Shown here one piece after another: positions 58,805 to 64,000 of a stretch of DNA of 64,000 nt (position 1 is its first letter; the number at the start of each line of letters is the position of its first letter). Location: the NCBI GenBank assembly GCA_964629685.1, contig CAZVTT010000001.1:833319-897318 (forward strand), in the 5' to 3' direction. The translations under genes and the position numbers were made by a program. The DNA comes from an uncultured Gammaproteobacteria bacterium. Its GTDB lineage: Bacteria > Patescibacteriota > Microgenomatia > UBA10105 > UBA927. The notes under the pieces are model-generated. The model saw only the letters and a program-made list of their open reading frames with translations, ran no database searches and had not been told where the DNA came from.

Positions 58805-59926
58805 CTAGTCTTTGTTGTATAGCACAGGCCCCCGTGGTCGCCTGCGCTTGCGGTAGTATATAAAAGCCAGAATTAGCGCAATGACCCAAACCGCTATGAG
58901 CAGCAGCCAAGCCTGACTGTAGTCGCTTCCTGAATTCTGGTCTGGTACTGGAGGCATCGGACTTACGGTAGGAGAGATATATGTGGATTCCGTCGGAGTT
59001 GGCGTTGTCTGTAAATCGACTATTTGTATAGTAGGCGTTGGTGTAGTACTGGTTTTGCCTGTGGGTGTCGTATTAAATGTTATAGTTTTGTTACAGCTGG
59101 AATTTGCCGCGGAGTATTTATTGTTATTGTCACGTAAACGGCAGGTTGCTGTAATACTGCCGGCTTTCGTATATGTGTGTGAGGTTGAGAGTGAACCGGG
59201 ACTTCCTACATTCTTGGTTATGAGTTGATTTTGTCCGTCTCCGAATGTAAATTCGGCTGCTGTTATATCTCCGTCGTCGTCTCTTCCCGTACAGGTCAGA
59301 CTAACATTGAGCGGCAGGTACGTTGAGGAAATAGGATTTACGATTAAGCTTGTACATACTGGATCGTTATTGGGGCCAGGTGTTCCTGTGGGCGTTGGAG
59401 TAGGTGTGCCGGTTGTTTGTGGTAAATATGTTAAATCCAATCTGTTGAGTGATGAACAATTCAGGATATTTTGTCCTTGCGCGTTTATGACCTGTGTATC
59501 ATTTTCCGAGCCGGTACATATAAACGATAGTGCACCGCCTCCGGAAACCGGCTTACTCTTAAACGTTAATGTGGCGAAGGTTCCGGTTCCCGATTTGGTT
59601 TCATTTAATGATGAAAAATATCCGTGCAGTTCCAGTCTCCCGTCATTATTGTTTGCGTATTGAAAATCACGGAAAAAGTCTCCCTTACTTACGTTTACAA
59701 GCTCAATATCATTGTAAGGAAATAGAATCGTTGCATCCGATCCGAAGGTGCTTTCATTTCCCGCGTCTATCTTCACTTTGACGTCAAAAGAAACGCCTTT
59801 TTGGGCTTTAATTACATCAGGATCTAATATCAATCTCGGAGCAGCCTCTATTTTTACAGGGGAAAGCAATGCAAGAATAATTGCAACAATACTAATATAA
59901 AGTGTCGTTAATTTAGTTTTCGTCAT
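58805..59926 (-). CDS. Cell-surface protein: signal peptide, cohesin-like domain, PKD domain, Pro/Thr linker, C-terminal TM anchor
   Basis: ...VIKAQKGVSFDVKVKIDAGNESTFGSDATILFPYNDIELVNVSKGDFF... follows the cohesin pattern G-x-x-F-x-V-x-V-x-I-x-...-G-x-D-A-x-I-x-F-...-E-L-V-x-V-x-x-G-x-F. ...FTFGDGQNQ...HTYTKAGSITATC... is a PKD domain. The C-terminus reads WLLLIAVWVIALILAFIYYRKRRRP. Confidence 0.5.
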   Translation of the reverse strand: MTKTKLTTLYISIVAIILALLSPVKIEAAPRLILDPDVIKAQKGVSFDVKVKIDAGNESTFGSDATILFPYNDIELVNVSKGDFFRDFQYANNNDGRLELHGYFSSLNETKSGTGTFATLTFKSKPVSGGGALSFICTGSENDTQVINAQGQNILNCSSLNRLDLTYLPQTTGTPTPTPTGTPGPNNDPVCTSLIVNPISSTYLPLNVSLTCTGRDDDGDITAAEFTFGDGQNQLITKNVGSPGSLSTSHTYTKAGSITATCRLRDNNNKYSAANSSCNKTITFNTTPTGKTSTTPTPTIQIVDLQTTPTPTESTYISPTVSPMPPVPDQNSGSDYSQAWLLLIAVWVIALILAFIYYRKRRRPRGPVLYNKD

Positions 59927-62063
59927 ATCGTGTTTCCAATACTTTTCTGAGGTAAAAGGCGTCTTTAATGTTTACGCATCCGTTGTAGTCAACATCACCG
60001 GTCTTTTTATCCTCGGAAGATAGTGAAGCACATGGTTTACTGAATAGCGTTGTCATTCTGGTAAAGTCACTCATATCGGCTTTCCCGTCCTGTGGAAATA
60101 AATCTCCCGGTTCCAACGGTAGTCCCGTAAAGTCAAACACTATCGGGTTAGGTGATGCATTTATCGTGATAAATGCGCCCCCATCTCTGGGACAAATTTC
60201 CGTTTGTCCTGTTTTATAACAATATTTCCTGCTAAGATGTTTTTCACCTTTAATATAAATCCAGTAATCCGTTCCTTCGGGTAATGGCGTTGTTAAAACC
60301 ACTTTGGCAGAATAGGTATTCCCCGATAGATGTCCCAGCGCAATCGGGGGCAGCACGATAGTATTCGACTGAGATCCACTTGATGTGGTTTGGGCCCGCA
60401 CGAAACGAATGTTTACTACTGCCCCTGTCGCCTGTGCTCCCGACACTCCGGTAAGTTTGAGCCGGAAATCAAGAGTTTGAGCCTGAGGTGCAGTAATTGA
60501 TAATTGAAAAACAGCGTTTGCAAGAATAATCGTAGGGCTAGTACGTTTTGCCAAAGTAATCCGGATCGGTATGGACCCTGTTGTAACTTTTTTAGCTTTG
60601 ATTTGTAAATGATCCAGCGGACACGGTGCGGAAATACCGTTAGTGCATCCGGAAAACGGACTTATATCCGCATAAGAATTATCGTCGATGCTCCAGGTGT
60701 ACAGGTATTCCTGTTGGTTTGTGACTACCTCGCCGTTTCTGCGGAGTAGTGTATACACGGCATATCCTTCATTGTCTCCATGTACGGTGGTGGTTATATT
60801 CGCCGAAGGATATTGTTCCAATGAGAACGTTTCTGCAATTGTGGGTGTGGGAGTCGGGGTAGAGGTTAATGTCGGTGTGGGAGTAACACTGTTTGTGGGA
60901 GTTGGTGTAGCCGTAACCGAACACGGTCCACGGTGTCCCATAAATTCATTTAGACTGGGGTTGCCGTATATTGCAGGTGAGTTGGGTAATAAACAGTATT
61001 CTGCACCAAATTTAGGATCTTCCGATATGTTGTTGTTTACATTTGTTTTGTCCGTTGTTCCACTGTAATTTCCGGCAGTATTTGTAACTATATCATTTCG
61101 TTTAAACGTAACATTTTCTCCCGAAGGTTTTATTTCCACACCGAATCCGGAATTTAAGGTAATAATATTTTTTTCAAGCAATATTGTGCTATTTGCCGGT
61201 GAATTTTCTATGTGTACCGCTCCCGTATTATTCTGATCAGTATACGTATTTGAAACGATGGTATTACCGAGTATATCCAGACGGGAAGTTTCGTATACGG
61301 CAATACCATGACCATGATTATTGCGGATAGTGTTAAAACGGATATCACCGGATGTGTTGGCAAAATAAATTCCGATAGAACTATCATGCAGCTGACTATT
61401 TGCTATAAGTATATTTTCGGAAGTTCGTGCGTCTACAGCCAATGCACTGCTGGTAACTTCCGTATTTGTAATACTTACGTTTGAAGCTGATCTGATTTGT
61501 ATCGTACTGGCGCTGGAATCAAATATATGTGCGTAAAGTATTTGGAATTGTGTAGTATTTTCGATCCGCACGATGCCATTACCGGTGCTGCCGCGGATTT
61601 GTAGCCATTCCATACTGCCGGTAGTGTTTTCGAAAAATATACCGCCGGTGTTCTGAGCAAACTCCAGTGTGGCTCCTTTTGAACCGGCTGAAGAGACTCC
61701 CGTAATTGTAACTTTTCCCTTATTGCGAACGTTAAGACTAAAAGGGGTACCGGTATCAGAAATACGATACACACCGGGATTAAGTTTAATAGTGTACCCG
61801 AGTGTGTTGTTATCCGGAATGGCGTTCACCGCCATTTGAATATCATGACACGTTCCTGTTTGATCGGTGACCGGCGTTACAAGTATTTCCCTGTTTACAG
61901 CTATACAGTTCTGTTCAGGTTCTGCTGCCTTTTGCCTCAATTCCATTCTTTTGTTCTGGAGAACCCAAAGGAGAATAGGGAGCACGATAAGTAATAATAC
62001 AAATAAGAATAGTTGTCCGACTGGGTTACGCAAGAGCGATTGATCCGATGACTTGTGTGGCAT
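59913..62063 (-). CDS. Secreted/anchored right-handed beta-helix (pectate-lyase-fold) protein with Pro/Thr linker, Ig-like region and C-terminal type-I dockerin
   Basis: ATG at 62063; the ORF track start at 62129 is a TTG. The signal anchor is LFLFVLLLIVLPILLWVL. PbH1-like repeats are present (...NNTGAVHIENSPANSTILLEKNIITLNSGFGVEIK...). The C-terminus carries two Ca-binding dockerin segments, DLFPQDGKADMSDFTRMTTLF and GDVDYNGCVNIKDAFYLRKVL. Confidence 0.55.
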   Translation of the reverse strand: MPHKSSDQSLLRNPVGQLFLFVLLLIVLPILLWVLQNKRMELRQKAAEPEQNCIAVNREILVTPVTDQTGTCHDIQMAVNAIPDNNTLGYTIKLNPGVYRISDTGTPFSLNVRNKGKVTITGVSSAGSKGATLEFAQNTGGIFFENTTGSMEWLQIRGSTGNGIVRIENTTQFQILYAHIFDSSASTIQIRSASNVSITNTEVTSSALAVDARTSENILIANSQLHDSSIGIYFANTSGDIRFNTIRNNHGHGIAVYETSRLDILGNTIVSNTYTDQNNTGAVHIENSPANSTILLEKNIITLNSGFGVEIKPSGENVTFKRNDIVTNTAGNYSGTTDKTNVNNNISEDPKFGAEYCLLPNSPAIYGNPSLNEFMGHRGPCSVTATPTPTNSVTPTPTLTSTPTPTPTIAETFSLEQYPSANITTTVHGDNEGYAVYTLLRRNGEVVTNQQEYLYTWSIDDNSYADISPFSGCTNGISAPCPLDHLQIKAKKVTTGSIPIRITLAKRTSPTIILANAVFQLSITAPQAQTLDFRLKLTGVSGAQATGAVVNIRFVRAQTTSSGSQSNTIVLPPIALGHLSGNTYSAKVVLTTPLPEGTDYWIYIKGEKHLSRKYCYKTGQTEICPRDGGAFITINASPNPIVFDFTGLPLEPGDLFPQDGKADMSDFTRMTTLFSKPCASLSSEDKKTGDVDYNGCVNIKDAFYLRKVLETRYDEN

Positions 62064-62183
62064 GTGACTTAAATAAATACGGCTATCTCTATAGTAGGCT
62101 TCAGTAAAATATATCGTCAAGGGTGACAACGGTTTTTGGCGTCAGTTGTACAATTATTGTCTTCTGTTTAGAATAACGCTTGT

Positions 62184-62681
62184 ATGAATCATATGCCAAA
62201 TGTCGAGATTGAACGTCGGTTTGTTATAGATTCTATTAATCTAAACCTAGCGGGATACAAGGGAGAACATATAGAGCAAGGCTATTTGTCAAACGCGAGC
62301 AGAATTCGCCGGATAACTTCCCATAAAATCCAGACCTACTACCATACCGAAAAAAGCGGATCCGGTTTAATTCGGAAAGAATCGGAACATACTATTTCAC
62401 AGAAAGAGTTTCTGACATTTTGGCCACAAACGGAGGGAAGAAGAATTTCTAAAATACGGTATAGCATTCCCGTCGGTGAGTATATTGCCGAGGTGGATGT
62501 ATTTGGCGGTGAATTGTCTGGTCATTGTATCGTCGAAGTAGAGTTTCCGTCCGAAGTTCAAGCATTATCATTTATCGTTCCAGACTGGTTTTTAGCGGGA
62601 GATAAATGTAAGGAAGTCACTGAGAATTCCAGGTATAGTAATTACAGCCTGGCTCTATATGGTTGGCCAAAAGCTGAGTAA
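62184..62681 (+). CDS. CYTH-domain protein (triphosphate tunnel metalloenzyme / class IV adenylyl cyclase-like)
   Basis: The N-terminal EIERRF motif (EIERKFL-like) and ...EQGYLS... are present, and the length of 165 aa is typical. Confidence 0.55.
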   Translation: MNHMPNVEIERRFVIDSINLNLAGYKGEHIEQGYLSNASRIRRITSHKIQTYYHTEKSGSGLIRKESEHTISQKEFLTFWPQTEGRRISKIRYSIPVGEYIAEVDVFGGELSGHCIVEVEFPSEVQALSFIVPDWFLAGDKCKEVTENSRYSNYSLALYGWPKAE

Positions 62682-62689
62682 TGTTGAAT

Positions 62690-63940
62690 TTAATACTGAA
62701 GGGGAATACGGTCTACCTGTGTAAGCACGTCGTTTCCGTCAAGCTCCAGTGTATCAAAATACCATTGCAGGCCTTCATATCGGGGCTTATTTTCTTCATA
62801 CACTAATTCCAGCGCTTTAGTACGGCTAAGAAGTCCTTCCCGAATCTGATTGCTTCTAAACGCGTCGTTCTCAGTAAACCCCTGTACCCGATAATAAATA
62901 TAGTTATAAAACGGTGGTGAACCGTCATCTACTCTCCATGTAGAAATAGTATCTTTGGGGGTTTCCCACCCGTATTGCTGCTTTAACGTTGCTACTACGG
63001 TTTTCTCTTCCCAGGGAAGGAAATTCCAGAGATACCGAAACGAATGGCGCATAATGTATGTAGAAAAATAGGCAAATGAAGTATCTAGTATTGATGTATT
63101 TATGTATGCAGGATTACGGATATACTGCGATCCTGCATACATAATCATTTTTATTTTCCCCAATGCGGAGGTGTTATGTATAACGCCTCCCGGAGTGCCG
63201 TCAAAGATTCCAAAATAGCCAAACTTAAACCGTTCATCTTCCAAATGATTACCTCTGCAATACAGCACGAGTGGAATATTCATATCCCGACTCAGCTGTT
63301 CGGCATAATATTCTGCCTGTTTATCTCCAGCCATAAAGAGCGTTACCATACCTAAATCTGGTTTGCGTAGCCAGGCTAGTATGTTTTTTTTTATGTTCTG
63401 ACGTTTCAGTTTAAGATCAGCAGAAACAACTATATGTTCAATTCCTAAAGCAGCTGTTAACCGCGACTGGTTTCTCCGGGCAATATCGGTCACCATTCCC
63501 CAGTCATACGTATACGCAACTGGGTTTAATTTAAGAATCTTCTTTACCAGATGTAAGCCATACGCACTGTCCCGGCCACCTGAAAACGCTAAAATACAAT
63601 CCGGTTTTCCGTTATTACTTCGAAACGGAGCAATCACCTGTTCCAGCGCAGCCATTCCCAGAGGTTCTACAAAGGTATATGTATTGCAGTAATTGCATAT
63701 TCCTTTCCGGTCGAACGTAATCAACGGCATGGTTTCGGGGAGAATGCATTTTTTACACCTGCGCAGGCTCCGTACCTTTCGGTAGTCAGGACTATGATAT
63801 TTTAGTGTTTTTAGACTGTTTACAGGAGTAAATGAATGTATAGGTCCATTACGATTAAGTTGATGAGTCGGATACAATACGGGAGCAGTTTTGGTGTGTT
63901 TCCGGGATACGCATGCATTCTGAAGTATTCCGGCGGCCAT
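62690..63940 (-). CDS. PP-loop N-acetyl sugar amidotransferase (WbuX/LfnA-like LPS/glycan biosynthesis protein)
   Basis: C-x-x-C...C-x-x-C (CKKCILPET...GICNYCN) is followed by the PP-loop ...ILAFSGGRDSAYG.... The true start may be downstream of the annotated ATG at 63940. Confidence 0.5.
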   Translation of the reverse strand: MAAGILQNACVSRKHTKTAPVLYPTHQLNRNGPIHSFTPVNSLKTLKYHSPDYRKVRSLRRCKKCILPETMPLITFDRKGICNYCNTYTFVEPLGMAALEQVIAPFRSNNGKPDCILAFSGGRDSAYGLHLVKKILKLNPVAYTYDWGMVTDIARRNQSRLTAALGIEHIVVSADLKLKRQNIKKNILAWLRKPDLGMVTLFMAGDKQAEYYAEQLSRDMNIPLVLYCRGNHLEDERFKFGYFGIFDGTPGGVIHNTSALGKIKMIMYAGSQYIRNPAYINTSILDTSFAYFSTYIMRHSFRYLWNFLPWEEKTVVATLKQQYGWETPKDTISTWRVDDGSPPFYNYIYYRVQGFTENDAFRSNQIREGLLSRTKALELVYEENKPRYEGLQWYFDTLELDGNDVLTQVDRIPLQY

Positions 63941-64000
63941 CTTCCCGGTTAAGCAGTTAATTTCAATGTATGTACGCGCCGGAACTTGTTGAACAGCGTT

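Noticed and set aside
62064-62129. Longer N-terminal extension of the beta-helix/dockerin gene (ORF track start at 62129)
   Set aside because: The codon at 62129 is TTG (the plus strand reads CAA). The first ATG is at 62063, which I prefer. The extension would add 22 residues before the signal anchor.
1-64000. Diversity-generating retroelement, retron or other RT-based system (common in CPR genomes)
   Set aside because: No ORF with reverse-transcriptase motifs (YxDD, finger/palm blocks) appears in any frame, and no near-identical TR/VR repeat pair was noticed. I could not run a full self-alignment.

Overview
This 64-kb window comes from a compact genome with many ATGA-type overlaps between neighbouring genes and no sign of an outer-membrane or LPS pathway. 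The gene content is most consistent with a small-genome monoderm lineage such as Patescibacteria/CPR, or possibly Chloroflexota; this is inference only. Supporting features are a DUF4012-like protein, several GT-C polytopic glycosyltransferases, Pro/Thr-linker surface proteins, and an ileS T-box-like leader placed after ftsZ as in Terrabacteria.

Layout along the window:
(1) 2-10058: a surface-glycan assembly locus with a Wzy_C-type ligase fusion (5' partial), a GT-C protein, GT4 and GT2 transferases, a ManC-like pyrophosphorylase and an initiating phosphoglycosyl transferase.
(2) 10114-14665: a DUF4012-like membrane protein, recO, a clean intrinsic terminator, glyQS and a small anchored protein.
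(3) 14866-35720: an atypical division/cell-wall (dcw) cluster, mraZ-rsmH-ftsL-ftsI-pgeF-murC-murB-murA-[GlmU-like, alpha/beta hydrolase, DegT aminotransferase, MBL hydrolase, DUF360/holin-4-like, FemAB, DgkA]-mraY-murI-ftsW-murG-ftsQ-ftsA-ftsZ.
(4) 35758-44035: an antisense SAM-methyltransferase, a candidate T-box leader, ileS, a second SEDS (rodA-like) gene, rplU-[393-aa RNA methyltransferase]-rpmA, parB, lepB and tRNA-Val(GAC).
(5) 44076-52861: a tRNA-adjacent accessory island that is partly low-GC. It holds a secreted beta-propeller/PT-linker/lipase fusion, two SAM-methyltransferases (one with an N-terminal Zn ribbon), and GT2 and GT-C proteins.
(6) 52906-57284: nusG-secE, an 826-aa Cys-rich secreted protein of unknown function, and galU with a good sigma70-like promoter.
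(7) 57312-63940: a DUF457-like protein, a double Zn-ribbon membrane protein, a cohesin-like anchored protein next to a beta-helix protein with a canonical type-I dockerin, a CYTH protein, and a PP-loop N-acetyl-sugar amidotransferase.

I saw no CRISPR array, transposase, integrase or reverse transcriptase. The observations I rate most worth a second look are the adjacent cohesin/dockerin pair, the T-box-like ileS leader with an SD-overlapping hairpin, the RNA methyltransferase inserted between rplU and rpmA, the secE-adjacent Cys-rich giant protein, and the tRNA-Val island.
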